This document shows, piece after piece, positions 1-12,423 of a stretch of DNA of 64,000 bases. How positions within the stretch are numbered: the first letter of the stretch is position 1; every line of letters starts with the position of its first letter. Both the position numbers and the translations under genes were made by a program. The notes beneath the pieces were generated by a model, which searched no databases, had not been told where the DNA came from, and worked only from the letters and a program-made list of their open reading frames with translations. This stretch comes from Eledone cirrhosa (Eukaryota): positions 78,864,001 through 78,928,000 of the forward strand of contig OZ024744.1 in NCBI GenBank assembly GCA_964016885.1, in the 5' to 3' direction.

Positions 1-376
1 AAGGGTGGTTTCAGGCGATTTTGTATTAAAAGGGTTAACCTTTATTTTGGGTGTTATTATTTTTCCGATTTCTTATAAATTTGTTTTGTCATTGTGTAAA
101 TTTTATATTTTTTAAATAATATTTGTCTTTATCAGTGATTTCGCTGCTGCTGCTACTGCCACCCATATCTCTTTGCTTAGCTTGAATTCATCTGAAGGTC
201 ACCTTGTATAACATCACCATCATATATTATATCTATTATGAATCATGCTACTGTAAATTAATGCTAGCCAGTCAACTCCAAAACATATGCAAATGGGTAT
301 CACCAACTGATGTTTTATATACAAAATCTATACAAGCTTTAGCTTAAGCCTATTCTTTTCTCAGAACCGAGTGAGT

Positions 377-426
377 AAGCATCACTGATGATGGATATAA
401 AATCCTGAAATACTAGTGCCTGGCTT
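377..426 (+). ncRNA. Decayed type I hammerhead ribozyme motif
   Basis: AAGCATCA-CTGATGA-TGGAT ATAAA ATCCT-GAAA-TACTAGTG-CC-TGGCTT. Core and stem II (GGAT/ATCC) present, palindromic ACTAGT in stem III. Position 16.1 is C rather than U and stem I has a 2-nt gap. Confidence 0.55.
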
Positions 427-739
427 TCTCACACAGCTAAGATAGCTGTGATATGATCACAGCTTAACATTTTCCCAGCAAAACCTATATTTGCTTATAT
501 TATACATAAACATTTCATATATTCCACCATATACACTTCTATTATGAAACATGCTAAACAATGATAATGAAAATTATTGCATACAGTGCTCAGGTGCACT
601 ACAACTCATCAAAGGTGCATGTATAGTACATAGAATAATGTACAAATGTCAGGAAAGTGAACAGTGTATGATTCATCATATACACACAGATACATGCATG
701 CATGTGTATGGAGGGGGAATATCAGGTATAGTGTTGGTG

Positions 740-960
740 ACATTCAGGAAGCATGGAAGTTTTGACAGCTAACAACCATTGCAGGTAGTTTGTTCCATGC
801 TTCAGCAACTCTGAGCGTGAAAAACTGTTCCCGAAAGTCATTGGGGCTGTGCTATTTTCTGATTTTGCAAGCATGCCAATGGGTGTTCGACACATGAAAT
901 TCAAAAAGGTGCTCAGGGTTGTTGTTGGCAAGATGGTTAATAATTTTGTGAGGTTGTTGT
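740..960 (-). mobile_element. CR1/L2-type LINE 3' end remnant
   Basis: Minus-strand frame reads KIRKQHSPNDFREQFFTLRVAEAWNKLPAMVVSC, matching the CR1-clade ORF2 C-terminal pattern R..FF..RV...WN.LP..VV. Boundaries approximate. Confidence 0.6.
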
Positions 961-1479
961 TTGCAAGATGTTAGTGCTACTGCTAATAAATCCCTGTTAG
1001 AGTACAATGAGAATCAACATCAAGTTGTATGTCATTGTTTACCACAAGAAAAGTGAGAAAGGCACATGAAAAATTGATATTCAGACTTGTTAAATATGAA
1101 GGTGAATTAGGAAGATAGCATTTAGTGATGAGGTGATGGGGGCTTGGTAGAGTTTTCTTTTTTAGTTTTGATTCTAAGTGGAAGTTGGTTCTGAGGTTGA
1201 GGAACATAACTTGACCTAGCCTAAGTGCTTCGGATTAGTATTGCCGGAGCTGGAAAGCTGGGACTGTGCTCTTACAGCCCTATAAAATTGCTTCATATCA
1301 CATGTGACTTGATCCCCTCTGTTGAACAAAATCCCCTCCAATGCATCCACATCACAGTACTGACACCACTAAATAGCACTTGTGTTTTTTAAGCCATACT
1401 GTAATAACAGAGCCACAGCTTAACTTATACTTAGACACTGCTTTAGTGAAAAGAAGGGCTTCATATATAAAAGACTTAA

Positions 1480-1690
1480 CCCTTTAGCATTTACATTGCT
1501 CTATATTTACTATTGTATTTTTAGGGTAAAGGCTTTACTTCATATAATTATCTCACATAATATTGAATCTATGAAATTTTGATATTATTTATTTTGAGAA
1601 CAATACCTTAACATCAGTATGAGTGGCCAGCTACAGCTGGTTTGAACAGAAAGAGGTGAGAGAATTCTGGCTGGGTACAGCTGGTTTAAA
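1480..1690 (+). mobile_element. TTAA-flanked piggyBac-like MITE, 3'-truncated, uninterrupted copy
   Basis: Begins TTAA|CCCTTTAGCATTTACATTGCTCTAT and aligns by eye with 5661-5674 + 6978-7147. Confidence 0.7.
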
Positions 1691-1840
1691 GATCTGTGCG
1701 AGGCATGAGGTTAGTAGTGTACAGTAGTAACAACTGAGATGGAATGCTGTGCATATGTAGGACTATGGAAGGACAGTAGAGACATAATTAGTGAATGCAG
1801 AGGAATACAAAAAATGCTTTATCATATTATAGATACAAGA

Positions 1841-2053
1841 GCGGTGGATTGGGAGTATCGATAAAACGTCAGACATCCTGCTTTATGGCATAGTTACAGC
1901 CCTTTACATTCTGAATTCAAATCCTGCCAAGGTTAGCTTTGCCTTTCATCCTTATGGGATCGATAAAATAAAGTACCAGTAATGAACTGGGGGTCAATTT
2001 AATTGACTTTCCCCTCCCCTAAAATTGCAGGCCTTGTGCTTAAATCAGAAACC
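1841..2053 (+). mobile_element. tRNA-derived SINE (resembles octopus OR-type SINEs)
   Basis: tRNA-like head with B-box-like GAATTCAAATCC, then GCCTTTCATCCTTATGGGATCGATAAAATAAAGTACCAG. Further copies at ~2741-2848, 11847-12022, 25257-25440, 41361-41545. Confidence 0.8.
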
Positions 2054-2439
2054 ATTATATTATAGATACAGCAGAGGCCTATGGGGAAGAGACCAAAGCT
2101 GAGAGCAAAGAACAAATATTCAGGGATTACTAAAAAACAAAAACAAAAAATGGTCACTGCATAGCTAGAATGGTTTCAACTACCCATTGTTTGGTGTGGC
2201 AGCTGCATAGATAATAGAAGGGCGAAATAGAATTATGCTATAGTGTGGGCCAAAAAATGCAGAATATTTTCTAGTAACATCAATGCAGGAGAAAACATTT
2301 GCTATAAATCCTTTAAAGAATTAGAGAAAATGTTCCAAATGTGAAAGTAGAACCAAGAATCAAGAGGTTTAAAGGTAAACCTAGCAAAAGACAAAAGTCT
2401 TACTTAGCAATAAAGAATGCAGAAAATGCCTCCTCCTTC

Positions 2440-2700
2440 TTCTTCTCCACCCACTTATTTCTGGGAGAGTCCATGGGGTCAGAATCCTCAAGCACACCTT
2501 CCAGCAGTTACTGTCAAAAACAACTGTCTCCAGTTAATCTGCTTGAATCCCCAAGTGAGACCAACCAAGATTATGGAAGTTGTCCAACTATCCTGCTCGG
2601 GGTCTACCAGTTGGTTTTGCTCATAAAATCTATCCATCGATTCTTTCCTTGGATATTCTAAAGCCATGTCCATATGACATGATTAGAATATTCAGAAAAT
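2440..2700 (-). mobile_element. RTE-clade LINE 3' fragment (old)
   Basis: Reverse complement is homologous to 4440-4700, which encodes a GHV.RM...KPTGKRPR...W C-terminal motif. Confidence 0.55.
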
Positions 2701-2894
2701 GTCGAAGTAGGAATTCTATACTGAATAACTAATGTAAACTTTTGTCCTTATGGGGTCAATAAAATAAAGTACCAGTAATGCACTAGGGTCGATTTAATCG
2801 ACTTTCCCCTTCCCCAAAATTGTTGGCCTTGTGTCTAAAGTAGAAACCGTTATCATTATTATTACTAGGGTGGTGGATTGGGAGCATCGGTATG

Positions 2895-2938
<44 letters not shown>

Positions 2939-3147
2939 ACACAGAGAATTATAGCATTATTCAGTTTCCATTAGTACAATCAATTAATTTGATTATGTAG
3001 CAAGAATCAGAGGCTGCTTACAGAAATATTATACTCAACGGATCCTAGACTGATGTGTAACACATACGATGAAACACGTGTAAGTGTTATGCAATAAATG
3101 TTATTCCCACTCTTCTGGATTGTGATGTTTTAAATAACAATTTTGTA

Positions 3148-3242
<95 letters not shown>

Positions 3243-3745
3243 CTCATACCATTTTGCATCAGCCTTTCATGTTAAAATAAATTGGACAGGTTGTTACAGT
3301 TTGAGATTAAACATATCAAAGAAGTATCTCACTTATACATTCCATTTTCAGCGTGGTTTCTATAGCTAGATGACATTCCTAATGCCAACTACTTTAGAAA
3401 GTGTCCTGGGTACATTTTATCATGGTACTAACACTAAAGAAGTGGTTATGTCCTCAGAATGGCTAAAGAGTCATCTCAACACTATATTGTGTGTTTGATC
3501 GCTTCACTTTACAGAGTGTATTGGGTGTATTTTATTGTGGCACCAGCACTAAAAATATACCAGTGGGGACTCCTGCCATTCTGGGTCCTCCTCAAACAAC
3601 CCTTCTTGCACTGGTATAGAGACAGAGTTGGCCATCTACAGGAGTGAACCCTGAGGCAGCATGTCAGAGAGCATTCTTCCATATTGTCCAGGCTTATATC
3701 ATTGTGGTCGTGATGGTGGTGATCAGTGTGTATATACATCTATAC

Positions 3746-4072
3746 CAGTGGTTCCCAAACTTTTGTGCCCCATGTCCCACCTCAACATCTCAAACATTTT
3801 TAGCACCCCACCCCTCCTTTGATATAAAAACAACAATGATCAACTACAAAATGTAAACAAATTGATGTATGGGTGATGCCAGATGCACATTAACATGTGT
3901 GGAGGAGGTGAGACAGGAGTTCCCAACAGTAATTTGTTCCAAAGTTGCCTTGGTGTAAAAGTAATAGGGTAAAACCTGAAGTTTGCTCTCATTAACATCA
4001 TTTTCAAATTGCCCCCCTTCAGTAATCAAATTGCTCCTTTGTGGGGCATGCGCCCCACGTTGGGAATCACTG
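3746..4072. mobile_element. hAT (Charlie-like) MITE
   Basis: TIRs CAGTGGTTCCCAA / TTGGGAATCACTG. Flanking 8-mers ATCTATAC / TTCTATAT (6/8 match). Confidence 0.75.
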
Positions 4073-4439
4073 TTCTATATACATACAAACAAAACACATA
4101 ATAAGCATGACCCCTAAGTTATGGTGGACTATTAATGAACACCAGGTTACAGTGGTTGTTCAGTTGGTGAGTCATATTCTATGGTGGACTATATAGTTAG
4201 TGAGTTTGAAGTAGTGAGTATGATAGTTGTCCTAGATTTCAAGTACTGAAGATCTGAGCTTCTTTGACAGAAGTTGACAAAAAATTTGGGGAAAAGTTAA
4301 TTATTGAAATAAATGAAAGGGTTAATAAAAGATGGGTTGATTACTATTACTATTAATGGGTCTTTGGAGTAATGTTACTTGATAAAGTGCATAGCTCGGA
4401 GATCAGAGAGTCACTCCAGGTAGAGCCACTACTTCTCTG

Positions 4440-4769
4440 AATTGAGAGATCACAGCTCTGATACTATGGGCATGTGGTTAGAATGTCTCAAGAGAGAATC
4501 ACTGGACAGATTTTACAGGCAAAACCAACCGGCAAGAGACCCAGGAGTAGATCCAGCCCCAAGCAAAGAAGGTTGGATAACATCCATGAGCTTGGCTAGT
4601 CATACTTGGGGATCCAGCCAGATCAGGTGGATACGGTTGCTTTTGGCAGGACCCACTGGAGGGAGAGTTAGATGACTCCCCCACCCACCCACCCCAGGAC
4701 CCTCTCAGGAATAAGTGGGCGAAGAAGAGTAGTAGCAGTAGTAGCAGTAGCAGTAGTAGTAGTAGTAGT
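4440..4769 (+). mobile_element. RTE-clade LINE 3' fragment with (GTA)n tail
   Basis: Frame reads GHVVRMSQERITGQILQAKPTGKRPRSR...LDNIHELG. Ends in AGTAGTAGCAGTAG repeats. Confidence 0.6.
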
Positions 4770-4814
4770 TAATTATAAAGATATTTTTTTAAATCTAATA
4801 ATTAAAGCATTTAC

Positions 4815-5219
4815 CTTGACAACTATACCAGTAGGTATGTGTTTAAGAACGCAACAGTTTGCTGTTTTATTAACTGCTTGTCCTCCAGGTCCACTGCCTC
4901 GGACAAAACTTTCTTCCAGCTCGTCTTCTTTAATCTTGGGGAAATGATATGATTTTGACGATATCGGTGCAGTAAAGATAGTAGTACCAATAATATTAGT
5001 TCCACAATGAGATGATAATTTAAAGTCATGGTAATTATACTTGATGTAACAATATTTTGATAACAAAGAATTTCTAACAGGAATTGTAGTTAAATAGTTT
5101 AAATTTCTTTTGAAATTAGAAATTCGTTGACAGCAAAATGCGACTTTAATATTTAATTTGGAATAAATAGCTCCAAATCTACTTAATATGGGATTGAACG
5201 AGTTGTGAACGAAGGCCAT
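4815..5219 (-). CDS. MTRFR: First coding exon of mitochondrial translation release factor in rescue (C12orf65 homolog)
   Basis: [40 protein letters not shown] closely matches human C12orf65 around GGQ. Basic, hydroxylated N-terminus resembles a mitochondrial presequence. Phase-0 donor AAG|GTAAAT at 4815/4814, upstream acceptor TTTTCAG| at 5241/5240, ATG at 5219. The downstream exon was not found in the window. Confidence 0.92.
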
Positions 5220-5660
5220 ATAGTAATTTTGGTTATATTTCTGAAAATACACAAAATAGTTTTGTTATAATACAAAAATAAATAAGCATTGTATCTAGGA
5301 GACATATGAAAGAAAAGACTTAAATATCAGATGAAAGAAGGAATAGATTTCAAAAAAGTTACTTGGGAGCTTTAAAATCTGATTCTTAAATGTGTTAAGA
5401 CTCCCTGATCCTGAAATGATGAATACTACACAGTAAAACACATTATCACTATAGCTGTCATCATTTAATGTCCATTTTTCAAGCTTGCAAGGGTTGGATG
5501 AGTTGTTACATTATAAGACAAGTCATGCCAGATGACCCCGTCTTGCTCATATGGAAAACTACTTATATTTATTTTTGTGACAAACTTATAGAGAATAATC
5601 CAGTTAAATATATGGATATGAAAGAATCTGTTAGAGGTGATTTTTATAAGAGCTGATTAA

Positions 5661-7147
5661 CCCTTTAGCATTTACAGGGTGTTCGGGATAAATTTGACAG
5701 TTTCATCAGGAAAAAAAAAAAGTGCTTGGTATCTACAAAATTTATTTGATTTAAAAGAAATTCAATGGACAAGGAAATTACACTATTGTCAAAGAGTTTT
5801 ACTCAAAATAACCGCCATTACCGTCTATTACAGCCTCAATCCGGGCCCGGAACCTGGAGCAAGCTGATTTTACACTTTCCCTGGGAAGGCCCTCAAAAAC
5901 TACTTTAATTCTGTTGATTAACTGGGCTTTTGTAGTACTGGCACGGCGATTGGTGTCTTTTTCTACAGCGCCCCATACATAATAGTCCATCGGGTTAAGA
6001 TCAGGGGAGTTTGGAGGCCAAACATTGGGACTGGTGTAGTCGTAAAAATTGGCTGACAACCATTTTTGACTTTTCCCCCGAGGTGTGGCAGGGGGCCTAA
6101 TCCTGCTGCCATACATACGGCCTATTATTGGCTACCCTTGTTATCCAGGGCTTAACTACAGTTCCACGTAGGCATCTAAATTCAACCTGAGACTCTGTTT
6201 GAAAAAATGCGGAGGCATCACATCACCCTCGGAGGACACACATCCAAAAACCATGACAGTTTGGGAAAATTTAGTCTGCATGACTCGAGGAGTGTCCTTT
6301 GGACTTTATGCAAGTCATCTGTTATTCTGCGTGTTGTGTTTTTGATCTTGGCAAAAGTTTTTCTCATCGGAAAAGAACCAGATTGTTTGTGCTTCAGCAG
6401 GATGTTTCACTTTGCTCAGAAGTTTCTTCGCCTTTGTCAGACGATTTTCGCGGGCCTTTTCTGTGAGAAGTTGACCTCTGCGACGCTTGTATGAGTAGTA
6501 GCGAGCGAAGGTCTTCATTGAGTGCAATTTTCATAGTAGAGGCTGAAACATTCAATTCACGCGATAAAGACCGAATTCCGATGCCAGGGTCCTCCAACAC
6601 TTTTTTCTGCAGATTTTCGATGAATTCTGCTGTGCGAGAGCAATCAGATCTTCTGTTATGTTTCTTTCTTCTAGCCACAGCCTCGTAGTCTCCATTGCAA
6701 TTCTCCAGTTCATGCCGGATTGTTTTTACAGTGTTCAGGGAGCATTGAGCAGCGACCATAATCTCCTTATTTTGATGGGCGGCGCGAATCATCATGATAC
6801 AAGTTATTCTCTTCCATGATTCAGGTGGCTCCCAGTCATCCATTCTCGTTGTCATCACATATATGAATGAAGGAGGGTTTAAACTTTCAAATAAAGCCTA
6901 GTGGGCATGAATGAATTTAAAACATCTGAAAAAACAACCAAATATTATTCTGTCAAATTTATCCCGAACACCTTGTACATTACTCTATATTTACTAGTGT
7001 CTCACATAATATTGAACCTATGATTTTGATATTATATATTTTGAGAACAATACCTTAACATCAATATGAGCAGCCAGTTACAGTTAGTTTGAACAGAAAG
7101 AGGTCAGAGAATTCTGGCTGGATACGGCCGGTTTAAATGCTAAAGGG
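5661..7147. mobile_element. TTAA-flanked piggyBac-like MITE interrupted by a mariner
   Basis: TTAA|CCCTTTAGCATTTA ... TAAATGCTAAAGGG|TTAA: 14-bp TIRs, with TTAA at 5657-5660 and 7148-7151. Confidence 0.85.
5675..6975 (-). mobile_element. Full-length Tc1/mariner-superfamily transposon, DD37D (maT) type; transposase frameshifted
   Basis: 26-bp TIRs CAGGGTGTTCGGGATAAATTTGACAG (one mismatch), TA duplicated at 5673-5674 and 6976-6977. Motifs FSDEK, WQQD and WPPNSPDLNPMDY, with 37 residues between the 2nd and 3rd D after correcting a frameshift. Confidence 0.93.
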
Positions 7148-7559
7148 TTAATTATAAAACAGTTATGTCTCATATTTTTCTGGAACCACACCAGCTTTGG
7201 CTGCTGACATTATATGCCTTTTTTAAGCCGATTAAAGAATTATATCTGGAACTTTCTTTGTCACATTTTAATCAAATTTAAAACTATCAATCAGTCAAGT
7301 GGTAGTGCTGAAGCAACAATAAAATGCACCTAGTACGTCCTGTAAAGTTGTTAGCATTAGGAAGAAGATCCAGCCATAAAAACCATGCCAACATATGGAA
7401 TGTATGTGCGAGACATAGATCTCAAATGATAACAACCCATTCAACCCATGTCAGCCTGGAAAACAGATATAAAATGATGATGATGAAATCTGAATCAAAA
7501 TGGAAAAGATAGCCAAACCATATAAATTAAAAATTGCAACAAATTCTCTTAAAACTCAA

Positions 7560-8135
7560 TAGGCATGAGTTGAATTTTCACAAGCAATACTGCCCACTTT
7601 TCCATCATAAAACCTACATTGAAGAAGTTTACTTTAAGCTAACCATAGAAATTCATGTACTGTGTAGTCAAGCTTTTGAATTTGAGCGGACAAAAGGTGT
7701 CTGGCTTATATTTCATTGGGTGATTTTACATAAGCTTCTAGCTGTTTTAAAGTATTATCAAAAATTGTACAATTTTAGGTAATATCTTCTACATTAGATC
7801 CAATATATTTAAAATTCAAAATTTGCTCAATGCTTTTTGAATACGATTGAATTTCTTGAATTTCTACAATGTTTAATTGTGTCAGCTCATGATTAAAAAT
7901 TTTAAACTATAATGGTTGAAGAAAATAAACCATCATTCGTAAGACAATCTTTTACTTGTGGAACATGTTCAAGCATTATCACAACCAGACTACTAGAAAA
8001 TGAAACTTTAACACTGAATAGAATCTTTGAACCAGGTTCAGTCTAATGCAGAATCGTATCAAATGCCTGTAGCTTCTGTGGTACACAATGATGTTAAAAC
8101 AATTTAAGGGAGACTGTCGCTATTTTGTCGGCAGG
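7560..8135 (+). mobile_element. Degenerate Gypsy-type gag remnant
   Basis: VEENKPSFVRQSFTCGTCSSIITTRLLENETLTL resembles the Gypsy gag pattern IRD.F..G..S..IR.RLLE...LTL. A YFV/CG-like knuckle remnant lies near 8115. Confidence 0.45.
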
Positions 8136-8299
8136 CGCAGTTGAACTATATCACTCAGGATGGGCTGTGAAGTCTGTCGTTTTGTCCCCACTTTCCCTTT
8201 CCTTCATTACTTAATTTTTCTTTTCTTTCTCGTCCTTTGTTTCTGTCTTTTTCTTTTCATCATTTGAAATAAAACATGTTTATATATTTAAGTTGTAAA

Positions 8300-8508
8300 T
8301 TTTACCATCTTGCCAATGGAATTCTCTTCCAGCTTCTTGCTTTCCTGACCACTACAATTTGCAAAAATTCAAAAGCAACACCAATCGAATCTCTCTCCTT
8401 GAATTATGTCCTCTCTGTCTTGTCTTTCTATCTTCTTCCTATCTTCTGTTAGTAACCCCTCGCATTTTAGTGGCTTTATTGCCTTGTTTGGGGTGAGCAA
8501 AAAAAAAA
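8300..8508 (+). mobile_element. L2/CR1-group LINE 3' end with A tail
   Basis: WNSLPASCFPDHYNLQKFKSNTNRI followed by a short 3' UTR and poly(A). Confidence 0.6.
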
Positions 8509-8532
8509 GTCTACCGCAGTAAACCTCTAGAT

Positions 8533-8844
8533 CAGGGATGTGCAGTATATTCCATTGGTGGGCCACTTTTGAACATTGGAACAACTATTAGGGCCATTAA
8601 TATTTATTAAGCACTATTCCAAAGATTCACCACAACTTCTTTCCATAACATGGAACTGGGAAATTATAACACACATAACCCTATCAGTGAAGCCCTTTAA
8701 TATAGATCAAATAACAGAAAATTACGGTTACAAAAGCAATTCTAAATAAGGCTACAAGGGAAAAATTAAAAACGGTCATTGCGGGCCACTGACTGGTCTG
8801 GCAGGCCAGATTGTGGCCCACGGGCCAAATGTTGCACGACCCTG
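8533..8844. mobile_element. hAT (Charlie/Buster-like) MITE
   Basis: Termini CAGGGATGTGCA / TGCACGACCCTG. Perfect 8-bp TSD CTCTAGAT at 8525-8532 and 8845-8852. Confidence 0.88.
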
Positions 8845-9639
8845 CTCTAGATTTTGGAAAACGTGTTTCTTCTGAGGGAACTGGAAGATCCAGTCTTGTG
8901 TCTCATGTCCAGCTAAAAACGCCTGTTTGTAAAAACTGTAAAAGGTAAGACCCTGAGCTATTGTCTGCCGGTCTGATGGCCACACATCTTCTGCTCCACA
9001 AGCTAAGGCATCTTCTATAGCTGGATATTCAATATTCAATTTGAATCTATTTCTCTGGTAACTGCATATTCAGCTTCTAATGTAACAGCGAAAATTAATG
9101 ATGATAAAGATGTGCGATGTGTGTATTAATATATACATATACAAGTCGTAACAATTTATGAAATGTTAGAAAAAATTTTATGATAAAAACCGTTTTTTTT
9201 TTTTTTTAAAAACAGTTTGTATCTTTACCAAGCACCACACAAGTTGCGGTAGTTGACGATATGTGTATTTCAAATTAATCAAATAATTATTTTTTCCAGC
9301 CTGTGGTGGAGTTGGGCCACTGACAGCAAAGTTCTTGTCATCACTGGCGGCTCACCTTACTAAGGTGTCATCTGATGCCCGAGAGGGTGCCTGGTTATTT
9401 CAGTGCCTTAGCTTCGCCATCACCTGTGGTAATGCTGTGAACTTGTTGGGTTGCCTGAAAGTGTGTAGTTAACACCTAAGGTGTGAGGTGCGGCTGATTG
9501 TCGCACTTGGTGGTGAATAACCACCCCCTCTTTTTTTTTTTCCTTTATCAATTTTATTCAATTAATTATATTATTATTTTTTTATACACATTGTATTCAT
9601 TATATGTATTTATATTCTCATTCTGAAAGAACTGTGAAC

Positions 9640-11630
9640 TTTGTGTCTCCATTGCCCTCAGAGTGGGAGCTGACATTTGTACGGGTCTGAGGTGTTGATG
9701 TGGCAAACACCACAGGCCTCCACGATCTTTCTTGCCGCCTGAATACTGGTCGCTTCATGTGTCACACAGAGCTAAATTTCATTCTCAAGAAAGCTTTGGC
9801 CCGGGCAAACATCCCTTCAATCTTGGAACAATCTGGGTTGTCCAGAATTGATGGGAAAAGACCTGATGGTCTTACCCTGTGCCCCTGGTTAAGAGGCAGG
9901 TGTCTTATCTGGGATGTCACAGTTAGTGACTCTTTTGCTTTTTCCTACATCCTGGATGCTGTGGTTAGGGCAAGAGCCACAGCTTCTGCAGTCGAATGAA
10001 ACAAAATCCTAAAGTACTGTGATCTGTCAGCCAACTACATTTTTCAGCCTGTAGCATTCAAGATGTTTGGGGGAGTCGGGCTACTGACTGTGAGTTTTCT
10101 ATCTTCACTGGCAGCTTGCCTAACAGAGATAACTGGTGATGTTTGTGAGGGCGCTTGGTTGTTCCAGTGCATCAGCCTCACCATCACCTGAGGCTGTGGC
10201 GGATTTAACAGGTGGCGAAGGTGGCAAATGCCGACTGGGCCCCTGCCGACTGGGCGCTTGCAAAAAAAAAAAAAATTGTAATTTGGGCGATATCCAAAAA
10301 TACCTCCCCCATGCCTAGGGCTAAATAACTTCGCTGTTCGCTGCTGATATGAGGCTAAATAACTTCGCTGCTGGCTGCTGAAATGAGGCTATTCCAACAA
10401 ATTTACATTCCCTTTTTTTTAGCCGTTAAAAGAAATATAGATTTATTTATTTATTTGAAACGTTTTTGTTAGTTTCATTGTTTTGTTTTTTTGGCGATAT
10501 TTTTGTTAGTTTCTTGTTTTTTTTTTTAGTTTCTTTTTGATTTATTCCTTGTGACTGAGTGCTTTGAACGTTCAACAGATAAATTGGAAGAACTCAGATG
10601 CGATCACAAATTTGAACAATTTGTGGACCAGGCAAAGAAAGCCTGGAATGACGTGGGATTTGATGCATCTGAAACTGATTTTAAAATAACGCGAGTAAGG
10701 AGAAGAAAGATTATGGATGGTGAAGTTTGTGGTGTTGAAAGACTAGCTACTGCTTCAGATAGATATCGCACTGCAATTTATTTTCAATCACTGGATAGTA
10801 TGATTGGGGAGATGAGAGCCCGAACTGAAGGAATAAAAAAAAATCTTCAATCTTTGGATTTTTGAGTCCAAATCGACTGGCTAAATGCTCAGATGATGAA
10901 CTAAAAACACATGTAGCAACATTGGTAGATAACTTTCCAAATGAATTCACACTGGAACTCAGAAATGAACTCTTTTCTTTCATTGGCCTCTACTTTTCAC
11001 AGCCAAACGCAGCTTTAAAACAAAGTGGGGCTATGCCATATCTGAAATTTTTTACTGAACAATGACTTGTGTGATGTCTTTCCCGAGTTTGAAATTCTGG
11101 TAAGGCTATTTCTCACTTTACCAATTGGCATAGCAAGTGCGGAACGCTCTTTCAGTGTTCTACGAAGAATTAAAAATTATCTTCGTTCAACGATGGGCCA
11201 GGAGAGGCTATCCAGTTTTGACCTGCTGGCAATTGAAAACAAAATTACTAAATCAGTAAACTTGGACCACGCTATAACTCATTTTTCAACTGTTAAAGCT
11301 CGCAGAGGTCTGCGCATGTAAAAGCAATTTGTGTAAAAGACTAACATATATACAACTTTATTACTTTATTATTTGTTTACAGTACAGCACATCTGTTTGT
11401 TTGTTTCAAATAAAGTGTACTTGTAATTTAATTGTCTTCTTAATGATTATTGGTAGCTAAATGGGAAATTAAAAAAAAAACTTTTTCAATACTCGCTCGA
11501 AAAGAAGGTACTTTAATTTTCACTCTGGGACCTCCTTACTGACCAATACCGACTGGGCCCTATTCCTTAAATCCGCCACTGACCTGAGGTAACGCTGTGA
11601 ACGTGCTGGCTGGCCTCAAAAATTATTAGA
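9640..11630 (+). mobile_element. CRE-like non-LTR retrotransposon 3' region (restriction-like endonuclease), split by a hAT insertion
   Basis: GLSRIDGKRPDGLTLCPWLRGRCLIWDVTVSD (PD..D RLE motif). Reading frame WLFQCISLTIT|GNAVNV resumes after 11589. A second 3' fragment lies at ~9290-9470. Confidence 0.75.
10194..11581 (+). mobile_element. Internally deleted hAT transposon with C-terminal dimerisation domain
   Basis: TIRs C(T/A)GTGGCGGATTTAA, perfect 8-bp TSD ACCTGAGG (10186-10193, 11582-11589). Encodes LTLPIGIASAERSFSVLRRIKNYLRSTMGQERLS with stops and frameshifts. Confidence 0.93.
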
Positions 11631-12237
11631 GGATTCCCAGTGCTCCTCACGATACTGTTATCTTTTACTCTGGTAGCAGCTTGGTTGTCCACCCTTTTTG
11701 TTGTATGTGGTCCCAGATGTGTATGCTAGCCGCTTCTGTGTTTTTTTCCCTTTCTTTTTTTCTTTTATTTTCCCCTTTCCTTTTCCTTTTATATTATATT
11801 TGTTTGTGCATTCGTTCTGTAAACATTGTATTATTATATTTCTTTTTGGCAGTATCGGTAGAGGTTCGGACGCCATGCTTTGACGCATAGAGTTACGGCC
11901 CTTGCCATTCTGAGTTCAAATCCCGCCGAGGTTAACTTTGCCTTTCATCCTTACGGGGTCGATAAAATAAAGTACCAGTAATGTACTGGGTAATTTTCTG
12001 GCCTTGTGCCAATAGTAGAAACAATTATTATATTTCTTTTTATACGTCCCACCCTTGCAAGCAAGGAAAGGGGGACGTATGATGACGATGACAACACTGA
12101 ATAAAAACATTTGTAATGTTATTTATACAACTATAAATAAAAATTATTGGTAATAACATACAGTTAAATTGACAAATTGATCAGTTTTACGTTGACATTA
12201 AAGGATTGCTTGTTGTTTTGTATTGGGAATATTATTA

Positions 12238-12423
12238 TGGCGCTAAGAAAGACATCCTTGACGTCAGGAAAAGCATCCCTGGCGTCAGGAAGAGCATCCT
12301 TGGCGTCAGGAAGAAAAACTGGCCATTGTAAAACTATGTCAAAAGTTTTCATCCCACTCCATGCAATCATGGAAGCGGACGTAAAATGTTATGATGATAA
12401 TGATGATGTTGATGATGATGATG
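12238..12423 (+). repeat. Four tandem ~21-bp copies of TGGCGTCAGGAAGAGCATCCT followed by an RTE-type 3' tail
   Basis: Direct reading of 12238-12320. The unit is the motif found once in the SINE-like family below. Ends in (GAT)n. Confidence 0.7.

Noticed and set aside
1841-2053. tRNA genes suggested by A/B-box-like motifs
   Set aside because: No complete cloverleaf. These are the heads of multi-copy SINEs.
3045-3090. CTGATGT...GAAACACGTGTAAGTG
   Set aside because: The 3' half looks like a PLE hammerhead, but the core A9 and stem I pairing are missing. Too decayed to call.
1-4814. Second coding exon of MTRFR (expected C...R...N...AR..L motif)
   Set aside because: Not found on the minus strand. 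It probably lies beyond the window start.
12238-12320. CRISPR-like array
   Set aside because: Adjacent 21-bp tandem copies without unique spacers, in a eukaryotic context.
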